The notes below the pieces were generated by a model. It made no database searches. It had not been told where the DNA came from and saw nothing but the letters and a program-made list of their open reading frames with translations. A DNA stretch of 64,000 nucleotides, from NCBI GenBank assembly GCA_965248355.1, contig OZ252098.1, positions 544,001-608,000 of the forward strand, read 5' to 3'. Of the stretch, positions 39,085-48,389 are shown piece after piece. Numbering within the stretch: position 1 is the first letter of the stretch; each line of letters starts with the position of its first letter. The translations under genes and the position numbers were made by a program. This DNA comes from Candidatus Latescibacterota bacterium. GTDB taxonomy: Bacteria; Latescibacterota; UBA2968; UBA8231.

Positions 39085-39161
39085 AGATCCGGGCGTTCTT
39101 CCCAAGGGCGCCGGTGAAGAGCGGCTTTCCGGGTCACGGTTTCCGCCCTTGGCCCGGATCT
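39085..39161. other. Long intergenic stem-loop
   Basis: AGATCCGGG(39085-93)/CCCGGATCT(39153-61) and CCAAGGGCG(39102-10)/CGCCCTTGG(39144-52) nested perfect stems. Confidence 0.6.
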
Positions 39162-39180
39162 ACTCTCATATGTGCTCCCC

Positions 39181-39369
39181 ATGAGTCTGCCGGAGAGACC
39201 TCCGAAACCAGGTGAGCTGGTCCTCGTCCGCTCGCGCCGCTGGTTGGTCGAGGAAGTAGCCAAACTCGCTTCGATGAGCTGGTCACAGACAACCGGAGGG
39301 GAGAGTCGCCGTGACTGGGGCCATACGTCTTCAGGGTGGGATACGGCCTCGGTCGAAGAGGCGGAGTGA
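39181..39369 (+). pseudogene. drmD: 5' remnant of a DISARM DrmD-like SNF2 helicase
   Basis: MSLPERPPKPGELVLVRSRRWLVEEV resembles the DrmD N-terminus as I recall it; similarity stops after about 28 codons. Confidence 0.55.
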
Positions 39370-39462
39370 GGACCGTTCGGTGAATCCGTGACCGACAGCC
39401 CCCAGAACCGCAAGCCCGCCGCCTCCGCCGACGTGCGCGGGCGCCTCATCGAGGCGCTGAAT
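39365..39462 (+). repeat. Direct repeat copy 1 (5' end of drmA-like gene)
   Basis: Aligns with 40218-40320; identical core GTGACCGACAGCCCCCAGAACCGCAA. Confidence 0.9.
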
Positions 39463-39479
39463 TGTCAGAACCCTTGGGA

Positions 39480-39522
39480 TTGACGCTCGACGCAAACATA
39501 CCTAGGCTGATAGCTAGTCAGT
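39480..39522 (+). promoter_or_regulatory. Sigma70-type promoter and palindromic operator of the TA operon
   Basis: TTGACG-17 nt-TAGGCT, overlapped by imperfect palindrome CTGATAGCTAGTCAG. Confidence 0.6.
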
Positions 39523-39545
39523 CAGGATGCCAGAGGAGGTCGGAC

Positions 39546-39806
39546 ATGAGCAGGAAATGGCCAGTCCAGGACGCCAAGATGCGGTTCAGCGAACTCTTGG
39601 ATACAGCTCTCGCCGAGGGGCCCCAGATCGTCACCAAACGAGGTGTCGAGACCGCTGTGCTCCTTCCCATTGAGCAGTGGCGCAGGATGGAGCGCATGAC
39701 CAGACCCAACCTGAAGGAACTCCTTCTTGTATCCGGAGCGCGCACCGACAACCTCACTCCACCGCGCCAGCAGCGCCGCCGTCGCGGACCCTTGGCGATG
39801 GAGTAA
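39546..39806 (+). CDS. Phd/YefM family antitoxin
   Basis: GAGGAGG RBS; WPVQDAKMRFSELL..A..EGPQIVTKRG...AVL. Confidence 0.9.
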   Translation: MSRKWPVQDAKMRFSELLDTALAEGPQIVTKRGVETAVLLPIEQWRRMERMTRPNLKELLLVSGARTDNLTPPRQQRRRRGPLAME

Positions 39807-39811
39807 GTTGC

Positions 39812-40219
39812 ATGTATCTCCTCGACACCAACGTGGTGTCCGAGCTGCGCCGTCCCCGTCCGCACGGAGCCGTAATGGAATGGCTCGCAGACGTGCCCGC
39901 GGAGCAGCTCTTCGTGTCCGCCGTCACGATAGGTGAGATTCAGGCGGGTATCGAGATTACCCGTGAGCAGGATGCAGTCAAGGCGGGGGAGCTGGAAGCG
40001 TGGCTGGACATGGTCCTGGGCTCCTACGGCGTATTGCCGATGGACGCAGCCGCCTTTCGTGAATGGGCGCGGCTCATGCACGGGACGTCGGACTCCTTGA
40101 GCGAGGACGCCATGATTGCGGCGACGGCTACGGTTCACAGGCTGAGGATGGTCACCCGCAATGTCGGTGATTTCGCGCAGTTCGGCGTGGACTTGCTGAA
40201 CCCCTTCGAAACGGAATAG
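39812..40219 (+). CDS. vapC: VapC-family PIN-domain toxin
   Basis: MYLLDTNVVSEL, S.VTIGEI..G, DAMIAATA..H.L..VTRN..DF. Confidence 0.92.
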   Translation: MYLLDTNVVSELRRPRPHGAVMEWLADVPAEQLFVSAVTIGEIQAGIEITREQDAVKAGELEAWLDMVLGSYGVLPMDAAAFREWARLMHGTSDSLSEDAMIAATATVHRLRMVTRNVGDFAQFGVDLLNPFETE

Positions 40220-40320
40220 TGAGGATCCCATTCGGTGGTGAATCGGTGACCGACAGCCCCCAGAACCGCAAACCCGCCGCCTCCGCCGAGGTGCGCCAGC
40301 GCCTGATCGAGGCGCTCAAT
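40218..40320 (+). repeat. Direct repeat copy 2
   Basis: See copy 1; here it continues into the drmA-like remnant. Confidence 0.9.
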
Positions 40321-40650
40321 CTCGACCTCGTCGGACCCTGGGCCGCCACTCCTTGGCCGGCGAGCGCCTGCCGGGGTGGATCCGGCCCTCGAACTGGTAC
40401 CTGACCGGTTTCATGATTCCCTCCGGGGCCGCGGCCGGGCAGAGCGCCGACAAGGAAGAAGACGCACTCGAAGTCACCGTCTCCTGGGGTGACTACGAGC
40501 CGGTGAAGCTCGAAGATGACGGGGGCAGGATCGTGTCGGTCTGGCAGCGGATCCCCCGCCTGGAGAAGCTCCGCCGGAAGCTCGGGGATGAAGACCCTGG
40601 TGTCAGCAATGTCCCGGAGTCCGGCGGTCTCGTGCTTCATCTTGAAGGCC
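40246..40650 (+). pseudogene. drmA: Frameshifted, truncated 5' remnant of a DISARM DrmA-like helicase
   Basis: VRQRLIEALNLDLVGPWA / frameshift near 40345 / HSLAGERLPGWIRPSNWYLTGFMIP...LEVTVSWGDY...VWQRIPR...VPESGGL; no helicase core follows. Confidence 0.6.
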
Positions 40651-40833
40651 CTGTTGCGGTTGCCGGCCCACGTGCGCCGCGGCCTGGCGAGCGCACTCGA
40701 GGCGGGCATGCTGCCGGAACATCGAGATGGGCCTGGTGCTGCGGGACCGCGCCTTGGCCGCGAGCGTGACCAGACATTTCCGCGGGCTGATCGAACGGGG
40801 ATTGTTGCGGGCGCTCCCAATGGATTGATCGAC

Positions 40834-42528
40834 GTGCACCGCCCCCCCGCCTCCCTCCCCCTGGCCCTCCTCCTGGCCATCACCGCCCCGCCCGCCGATG
40901 GCCAGGTGACCTTCGTCGACGCGACCGACCAGGCCGGCATCGGCTTCCACTACACCCACGGCGGCACCGGCCGCAAGCACTTCATCGAGACCATGGGTCC
41001 GGGCTGCGCCTTCCTCGACTACGACGGCGACGGCCGCCTCGACATCTACGCCGTCAACGGGCACGCCCTCGACGGCTCCGAGCCGGCCGAGACCAACGAG
41101 CTCTACCGCAACCTGGGGGACGGCACCTTCCGCGAGGTCGGCCGCGAGACCGGCGCCGCCGACCGGGGCTACGGCGTGGGGGTGACCGCCGCCGACTACG
41201 ACAACGACGGCGACGCCGACCTCTACCTCACCAACTACGGGCCCAACGTCCTCCTGCGCGGCAAGGGCGACGGGACCTTCCGCGACCACACCGCCCGGGC
41301 CGGGGTGGGGGACGCGTCGTGGGGCACGGGCTGCGCCTTCCTCGACTACGACAACGACGGTCTCCTCGACCTCTACGTGGCCAACTACGTGGGGTACTCC
41401 CTCGACGCCGAAGGCCAGGACCTCACGCCGTACTTCCTCGCCGCTCCGGGCCAGGACCCGTCGGCCGACCTGCGGGCCTATCCCAGCCCGGAGAATTTCC
41501 CCGGCTCTCCCGACGTCCTCTACCGCAACGCCGGCGACGGCACCTTCGCCGACGTCACCGCCGCGGCCGGGGTCCTCGATCCCTCGGGCAAGGGGATGGG
41601 CCTGGCCACCTCCGACTACGACCGCGACGGCGACATGGACGTCTTCGTGGCCAACGACCAGACCGCCAACTTCCTCTACCGCAATGACGGCGACGGCACC
41701 TTCACCGACGTGGCCCTGCTGGCGGGGGTGGGCTACAGCGGGGACGGCCGGCCGGAAGCCAGCATGGGCGCCGACTTCGGCGACTACGACAACGACGGCT
41801 TCCTCGACCTCGTGGTCCCCAACTTCCACCGCGAGCCCACCAGCCTCTACCGCAACGAGGGGGACGGCCTGTTCTCCTGGGAGTCGATGCGGTCGGGCCT
41901 CGGACGCCCGTCGCTGGCCTACGTCGGCTGGGGGACCGCCTTCCTCGACTACGACAACGACGGGTTCCTGGATGTCTTCGTCGCCAACGGCCATACCCTG
42001 GACAATGTGCGGCTCTTCGATGCCGCCGCGTCGTACCCGCAGCCCGACCAGCTCTTCCGCAACACCGGGGCTGGCCGCTTCGAGGATGTCTCGCTCTCCT
42101 CGGGGGAAGCCCTCGCCGCGGCCAAGGTCAGCCGGGGAGCGGCCTTCGGTGATTATGACGACGACGGCGATACGGATATCTTCGTGGTCCATTCCACGGG
42201 CCGCGCCGATCTGCTGAGGAACGAGGGAGGCAACGCGGGCCACTGGCTCCAGGTCCGGACGGTGGGCGTGCGCGCCAACCGCGACGGCGTGGGGGCCCGG
42301 ATCGAGGTCCTCGCCGGCGGTCTGCGCCAGGTTCGGGAAATTCGCACCGGCTCCGGCCTCTACAGCCAGAACGACCCGCGGGCCTGCTTCGGCTTGGGGG
42401 CGCGCGAGTCGGTGGACCTGCTCGAGGTGCGGTGGCCGGGCGGCGGGGTGGACCGCGTGCAGGGCCTGGCCGCCAACCAGAGGGTTGTGATGGGGGAGGG
42501 AGTCGGGCTGGTGGAGGGACCGGAGTAA
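40834..42528 (+). CDS. CRTAC1-family protein (FG-GAP repeats plus ASPIC/UnbV domain)
   Basis: Signal peptide from GTG 40834 (start uncertain); many DYDNDG.LDLYV.N repeats; NRDGVGARI.V, FGLG, LEVRWPGG. Confidence 0.9.
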   Translation: MHRPPASLPLALLLAITAPPADGQVTFVDATDQAGIGFHYTHGGTGRKHFIETMGPGCAFLDYDGDGRLDIYAVNGHALDGSEPAETNELYRNLGDGTFREVGRETGAADRGYGVGVTAADYDNDGDADLYLTNYGPNVLLRGKGDGTFRDHTARAGVGDASWGTGCAFLDYDNDGLLDLYVANYVGYSLDAEGQDLTPYFLAAPGQDPSADLRAYPSPENFPGSPDVLYRNAGDGTFADVTAAAGVLDPSGKGMGLATSDYDRDGDMDVFVANDQTANFLYRNDGDGTFTDVALLAGVGYSGDGRPEASMGADFGDYDNDGFLDLVVPNFHREPTSLYRNEGDGLFSWESMRSGLGRPSLAYVGWGTAFLDYDNDGFLDVFVANGHTLDNVRLFDAAASYPQPDQLFRNTGAGRFEDVSLSSGEALAAAKVSRGAAFGDYDDDGDTDIFVVHSTGRADLLRNEGGNAGHWLQVRTVGVRANRDGVGARIEVLAGGLRQVREIRTGSGLYSQNDPRACFGLGARESVDLLEVRWPGGGVDRVQGLAANQRVVMGEGVGLVEGPE

Positions 42529-42565
42529 AGGCATCGGTCACCATGCAACAAGGAGTCCATCGAGC

Positions 42566-43843
42566 ATGAGCAGGGGTGGTGTGCTGGTCTGGCTGGTCCT
42601 TCTGTCGGCGGGGCCGAGCCTCGGCGAGGTGACGCTCTCCCTGGGCGAGCGCGACGGCCAGCCGATCTACGTCTTCGAGAACGAGTACCTGCGCAGCGAG
42701 ATCGCCCATACGCGCGGCCGCTCTCCCCTCAGCTACTTCGACAAGATCTCGGGGGTGGAGCAACTGCGGCAGCTCGAGCCCCTGGACCGCAACCACGGCC
42801 GGCACTACTCCCACGGCGGCGTCGCCGAGTGCGTCCCCTGGACCGGGGGATCGCCCTACATGGGCTACCTGTGGACCCAGCCCTGGGAGATGACGGCGCG
42901 CACCCACGACCGCCGCGCGGAACTCGTGGGGGAGGTGACCTTCCCCTATGCCGACCCGGTCACCGGCCGGCTCTGCGAGCTGAGGTTCGAGAAGCGCATG
43001 ACCGCGTACGAGGGCTCCACGCGCCTGAAGATGGACTACCGCATCGAGAACGTGGGACAGCGCCGGGCCCGCTTCCAGCACTGCGTCCACGGCAGCCCCT
43101 GCGTCGGGGGGGAATGCGACGAGGGCGACTACTTCTACGCCCCCGGGACCCGCTGCTGGGTCGCCTGGAGCGGCCTCCTGCCCCAGTACGAGATCCCGGA
43201 CGAGTCCTGGCACGACTGGCCCATCCCCGAGGCCATCGACTTCCGCCCGGGAGGGGAGGGCGGCCTGCAGCTCTTCGTGCCGGCCTCGTGGGGCGTCGTG
43301 GGCGACGACAAGACCCGGGAGGTGATGGCCATGGTCAGCTCCCCCGTGCTCGCCGGCGGCGAGGAGATCCCCGTGTACATGGGCTACACCCGGGGCGAGG
43401 AGACCTACTACCTCGAGCCCTCCATCACGAAGCACATCTCCAACCAGGCCGAGCGCTGGGAGCGGGAGGGATACTCCGTCGACCTCGAGCGGGGCGAGGC
43501 CTGCGTCTACACCGTGGACATGGCCATGTTCCACGGAATCACCAAAAAGCAGATCCGTTCCGTGCACGCCCTCACCGGGGACTACGTGCTGCTGGAGGAG
43601 CCCCGCCTGGGGTCGAGGGAGGGCGCCGCGGCCGTGGAGATCGCCCTCGGCGTCTCCGGCGATGCGCGGGTCGTCCTCCGGCCGGCGGCGGGCGGGCCGG
43701 CCCTGCTCGAGCGGGACCTCCGCCCGGGCGAGGTGGCCCGCATCTCGGAGAAGGTCCCCCTGCCCGAAGGCGCGGGAGAGCTGGTCCTGCTGCTGCAGAA
43801 CGCGGCCGGGGAGCAGGTCCTGGCCCGGGGAGGTGGGGAGTGA
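42566..43843 (+). CDS. Secreted hypothetical protein, galactose-mutarotase-like beta-sandwich
   Basis: Signal peptide; FENEYLR.EI...G, GGVAEC.P, FEKRMT, MDYRIEN. Confidence 0.5.
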   Translation: MSRGGVLVWLVLLSAGPSLGEVTLSLGERDGQPIYVFENEYLRSEIAHTRGRSPLSYFDKISGVEQLRQLEPLDRNHGRHYSHGGVAECVPWTGGSPYMGYLWTQPWEMTARTHDRRAELVGEVTFPYADPVTGRLCELRFEKRMTAYEGSTRLKMDYRIENVGQRRARFQHCVHGSPCVGGECDEGDYFYAPGTRCWVAWSGLLPQYEIPDESWHDWPIPEAIDFRPGGEGGLQLFVPASWGVVGDDKTREVMAMVSSPVLAGGEEIPVYMGYTRGEETYYLEPSITKHISNQAERWEREGYSVDLERGEACVYTVDMAMFHGITKKQIRSVHALTGDYVLLEEPRLGSREGAAAVEIALGVSGDARVVLRPAAGGPALLERDLRPGEVARISEKVPLPEGAGELVLLLQNAAGEQVLARGGGE

Positions 43844-44853
43844 CCGCTCCGAAGCTGAGATCGCGGAACTACCCTCCCGAGCACGGGATCGTCGTGCCCG
43901 TGGAGCACCAGGGGCGCGTGATCCGGGACCTCCTCGCCACCACGGCCATGCGCCCCTCGGACGCGGACTACCTGGCCGAGCGCCTCCTGACCAACGACGC
44001 CCGCTGCCTCTTCAGCCACGGCAGCCGGCAGCTTCGCCACTACCTGGAGAGCCTGAAGGACGGCCGCGTCAACCCCGAGCCGGAGGTCCGGGTGATCTCC
44101 AGCGACGGCGCCACCACCGTGGTCGACGGCGACGGCGGCCTGGGATACATGGCCTGCCGTGTGGGCATGGAGCAGGTCCTGGAGCGCGCCCGGTCCCTGG
44201 GCGTGGGCGCCTGCTCCACGGGCCATCACTTCCACATCGGCTCGGCCGGGATCTGGTCGCGCATGGCCGTGGAGCGGGGCTACATCGGCATGGCCATGTC
44301 CGCGCACCGGAACCCCCTCGACCCAGGGAAGACGGTCGTGGGAGTGATGAACTCCTCCCCCCTGAGCATCGGCTTCCCCTCGGGGGGCCAGCCGCCCTTC
44401 ATCCTCGACATGGGGAGCGCCATCCTCCCGGGCCGGCAGGACCTGATGGAGGAGATCCCCCACAGCTTCTTCAAGGCCATGGGGGTCTCCACGGCGGTCC
44501 AGGTCTTCTCCGGCATCCTCGCCGGCATCTACCGGACGAGCGTGGCTCCCCCCGAGTCGAGGTGGACGGCCAACCAGGGCGCCTTCCTCTGCGCCTGGGA
44601 CGTGGGGCGCTTCATGGACCTCGGCGAGTTCACGGCGGAGATGGACCGCTTCATCGGCGAGGCGCGCGCCATGCGGCCCCTGCCCGGCCTCGAGCGGGCC
44701 GAGTTGCCGGGGGGCATGGAGTGGCAGTGGGAGAGGGAGAACCGGGAGCGGGGCATCCCCCTCGGGGACCCGCACCGCCGGGAACTGGAGGAGCTGGCCC
44801 GGGAGGCCGGCGTCGACTGCGGTTACGACAAATACGAGGAGACGAGGTTCTGA
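43840..44853 (+). CDS. Ldh_2 (malate/L-lactate/ureidoglycolate dehydrogenase) family oxidoreductase
   Basis: SHG...L..Y, VVDGDGGLG, HFHIGSAG, PFILDMG, LPGG.E; GTGA overlap. Confidence 0.85.
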   Translation: MTAPKLRSRNYPPEHGIVVPVEHQGRVIRDLLATTAMRPSDADYLAERLLTNDARCLFSHGSRQLRHYLESLKDGRVNPEPEVRVISSDGATTVVDGDGGLGYMACRVGMEQVLERARSLGVGACSTGHHFHIGSAGIWSRMAVERGYIGMAMSAHRNPLDPGKTVVGVMNSSPLSIGFPSGGQPPFILDMGSAILPGRQDLMEEIPHSFFKAMGVSTAVQVFSGILAGIYRTSVAPPESRWTANQGAFLCAWDVGRFMDLGEFTAEMDRFIGEARAMRPLPGLERAELPGGMEWQWERENRERGIPLGDPHRRELEELAREAGVDCGYDKYEETRF

Positions 44854-46139
44854 TGGCGGACACGTGGCGCACCGGGCTCTACCTGACCCCCGATGTCATC
44901 GAGAAGCACCCCGACTACCTGAGGCGGCTGCGCGACGAGATCGGCCTCGACACGGTGGTCATCCCCTTCACCGGGGAGCTGCCGCCGGAGGTGGAGGCCC
45001 TGAGCCCCTACGCCAGCCGCACCCCTGACGACGCCGAGCTCGACCGCCTGGTGCTGCGCCACTTCGACGGCCGTCCCGTGGACCCGCGGGAGTACCCCCA
45101 GGCCCGCGGCTACGGTCCCGCCGTCTCCGCCCCCGGCGACGACGGGGCCTTCCGCGCGACGGTGGGGCGGCTCAAGGAGATCGGCCTCGAGGTCTGGACC
45201 TACGGCGGCGCCTGGACGATCCGGCGCCTCATGTACTGCCCTTCCCAGGAGGGGACGCGGCGCTGGTTCGAGGCCGTGTACGTGCACTGGGCGACGCAGT
45301 ACGGCCTCGACGCCCTCGACAACACCCACTCGCGCTACCCCATGGGCAGCTTCCCCCTCGGCCTCTTCGGCTGCACCTGCGCCTCCTGCGCCGCCGCCGC
45401 GGGCGAGCTGGGCTACGACATGGACCGCATGGTGGCCGATCTCAAGGGCGCCCGCCAGGGGCTCAACCAGCTCGACGGCGCCCGTCTCGGCGAGGTGACC
45501 CGCCTCGGCTTCGGGTTCTTCGACGTGGTCCACGCCCTGGGCATGAAGTCGGGCGTCCTGGATTGGGTCCGCTTCCGCTGCGACCTGCTCACCCGCAACC
45601 TCGCCCACTTCCGGTCGGTGGTGCAGGCGGCGGCGCCGGAGGTGGCCTTCGGCACCGACACCTATCCCAGCTCCATGGCCCTCACCGCCGGCCACGACCA
45701 CCGCCGCTGGGGGGAGATGGCCGACTTCGCCAGCCCTCTCGTGTCGCACATCTCCGCCTTCGTCTGCAACACCTTCATCGAGTGGGCGCGCTTCCTCCAG
45801 GAGGAGGTGCCCGGCCTGACGGAGGAGGACGCCCTGCAGGTCGTCTACCGCTTCAACGGCTACGACGGCATGGGCCTGCCCGAGACGATCGCGGCCTTCC
45901 GCGCCGAGGAGGCGGGGACCCTGGCCTACCGCATTCCCACGGCCGACCTCGTGCTGCGGGACCTGACCAAGGCGAAGCTCTACCTGCCGCCCGAGATGCC
46001 CTCCTATCCGATCATCCACGGCGAGGGCTGGCCGCGCCAGGCGATCGACCGCATCGTCGGCGAGGCCCGCCGCCTGGGGCACGACGGCATCATGTGGCAG
46101 GGCACGAAGGAGTTGATGGAGTACGACTTCAACGGTTGA
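44853..46139 (+). CDS. Hypothetical protein, probable TIM-barrel (glycoside-hydrolase-like) fold
   Basis: Coding-like codon usage; translational coupling; CPS, YGLDALD..H.RYP, GCTCASC, W.RFR, ends GHDGIMW. Confidence 0.5.
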   Translation: MADTWRTGLYLTPDVIEKHPDYLRRLRDEIGLDTVVIPFTGELPPEVEALSPYASRTPDDAELDRLVLRHFDGRPVDPREYPQARGYGPAVSAPGDDGAFRATVGRLKEIGLEVWTYGGAWTIRRLMYCPSQEGTRRWFEAVYVHWATQYGLDALDNTHSRYPMGSFPLGLFGCTCASCAAAAGELGYDMDRMVADLKGARQGLNQLDGARLGEVTRLGFGFFDVVHALGMKSGVLDWVRFRCDLLTRNLAHFRSVVQAAAPEVAFGTDTYPSSMALTAGHDHRRWGEMADFASPLVSHISAFVCNTFIEWARFLQEEVPGLTEEDALQVVYRFNGYDGMGLPETIAAFRAEEAGTLAYRIPTADLVLRDLTKAKLYLPPEMPSYPIIHGEGWPRQAIDRIVGEARRLGHDGIMWQGTKELMEYDFNG

Positions 46140-46153
46140 GAGGAGAGGACGCC

Positions 46154-47364
<1,211 letters not shown>

Positions 47365-47373
47365 TGATTGCCC

Positions 47374-47511
47374 ATGCGAGTCAAGTTGGACGAGAATCTG
47401 CCGATTCAGCTGAAGCGTCTGTTCACGAATTCCGGCCATGACGCGGTCACGGTCCTCGAGGCCCCGGCGGCAACCCTTACCGGGGAGACGCGAGATGATG
47501 CCGGAGCTTGA
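47374..47511 (+). pseudogene. Truncated DUF5615 PIN-like toxin
   Basis: MRVKLDENLP..L...F...GHDAVTV then loses similarity; stop after 45 codons (not in the supplied ORF track). Confidence 0.75.
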
Positions 47512-47824
47512 GGAGAGGGGCGACGAGTTGAGACGTCTCTGTCTCCAATACGGCGTCCAGCGGCTCGCCCTGTTCGGTTCTTCGGCAGGCGGTCGGTTCG
47601 ATGAGGACAAGAGCGACCTTGACTTTGTAGTCGAGTTCCAGCCGGCGGCCCTCGACGCCTATGCGGACGCCTACTTCGGCCTGCTGGAGGCTCTCGGGCG
47701 GCTTTTTGGACGCCCGGTGGACCTGGTGGTGGAGTCGGCCATCAAGAACCCCTACTTCCTCCAGTCCGTGCAGCAGACGAGGACTCCCGTCTATGACCTC
47801 AGGGCGCCGCGCCGCCTGCCTTGA
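47495..47824 (+). CDS. Minimal nucleotidyltransferase (MNT antitoxin type), no HEPN partner
   Basis: LC..YGV.RL.LFGS...G.F....SDLDFVVEF, L..LFGRPVDLV, IKNPYF. Confidence 0.85.
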   Translation: MMPELEERGDELRRLCLQYGVQRLALFGSSAGGRFDEDKSDLDFVVEFQPAALDAYADAYFGLLEALGRLFGRPVDLVVESAIKNPYFLQSVQQTRTPVYDLRAPRRLP

Positions 47825-48389
47825 CCCGGCCCCAGCTCGACAGCTCCACCGCCGTGGCCCCGCCGTCGCGCACCCGCACCTCCACCTCATGGAAGACGAT
47901 CGTGCCCAGGGCCAGCAGTTCGATGTTGTCGGCCCGGGTGCCGGGGGGGAAGGAGACCTCCGTCCACCCGCCCGTCACCCTCGAGTGGTTCGCCACCGAA
48001 GCGGTCCTCGTGCCTTCGGGCTCGCGGAGGGTGCCGTTCTCGTCGAGACGGCCTCCCAGGTAGGCGCGGACCTCGTAGTCGTTGCCGATGGCGCCGATGT
48101 AGGCGCGCACCGACTCCAGGACGAGAGGCTCCTCCCACTCGAAGACCAGGACGCCCCCGCCATGCCAGAGGAAGGCCCGGGCTTCCGGATCGTCGGCGGG
48201 GGTCTCGCCGTCCACGAGCGAGGCGAGATCGCCGTCGTAGGTGTTCCAGGTCGTGGCCCGGGTCACGGCATCGGGGGCGACGTTGAGGCTGTCCCCGGTC
48301 AGCGCGGGAGAGGCGGCCACCAGCCAGACCAACGCGGCGGCCAGCGCCAGCGCGCTGGTTTTGCTTTCCAGGAGTGAAGAGGATGTCAC
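47799..48389 (-). CDS. Small secreted discoidin-like protein with C-terminal TAVE..SWG.VK motif
   Basis: Hydrophobic signal-like segment (start uncertain, overlaps the divergent gene); LVDG, W.EVSFP, EVEV; ends ATAVELSSWGRVKAGGAAP. Confidence 0.55.
   Translation of the reverse strand: MTSSSLLESKTSALALAAALVWLVAASPALTGDSLNVAPDAVTRATTWNTYDGDLASLVDGETPADDPEARAFLWHGGGVLVFEWEEPLVLESVRAYIGAIGNDYEVRAYLGGRLDENGTLREPEGTRTASVANHSRVTGGWTEVSFPPGTRADNIELLALGTIVFHEVEVRVRDGGATAVELSSWGRVKAGGAAP

Noticed and set aside
39060-40330. Integron cassette array (TA module plus hairpin)
   Set aside because: No integrase and no convincing RYYYAAC...GTTRRRY attC boundaries; the flanking repeats are coding-derived.
40900-42200. 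Repeated GACTACGACAACGACGG motifs
   Set aside because: These encode the FG-GAP DYDNDG repeats of the CRTAC1 protein, not a DNA-level element.
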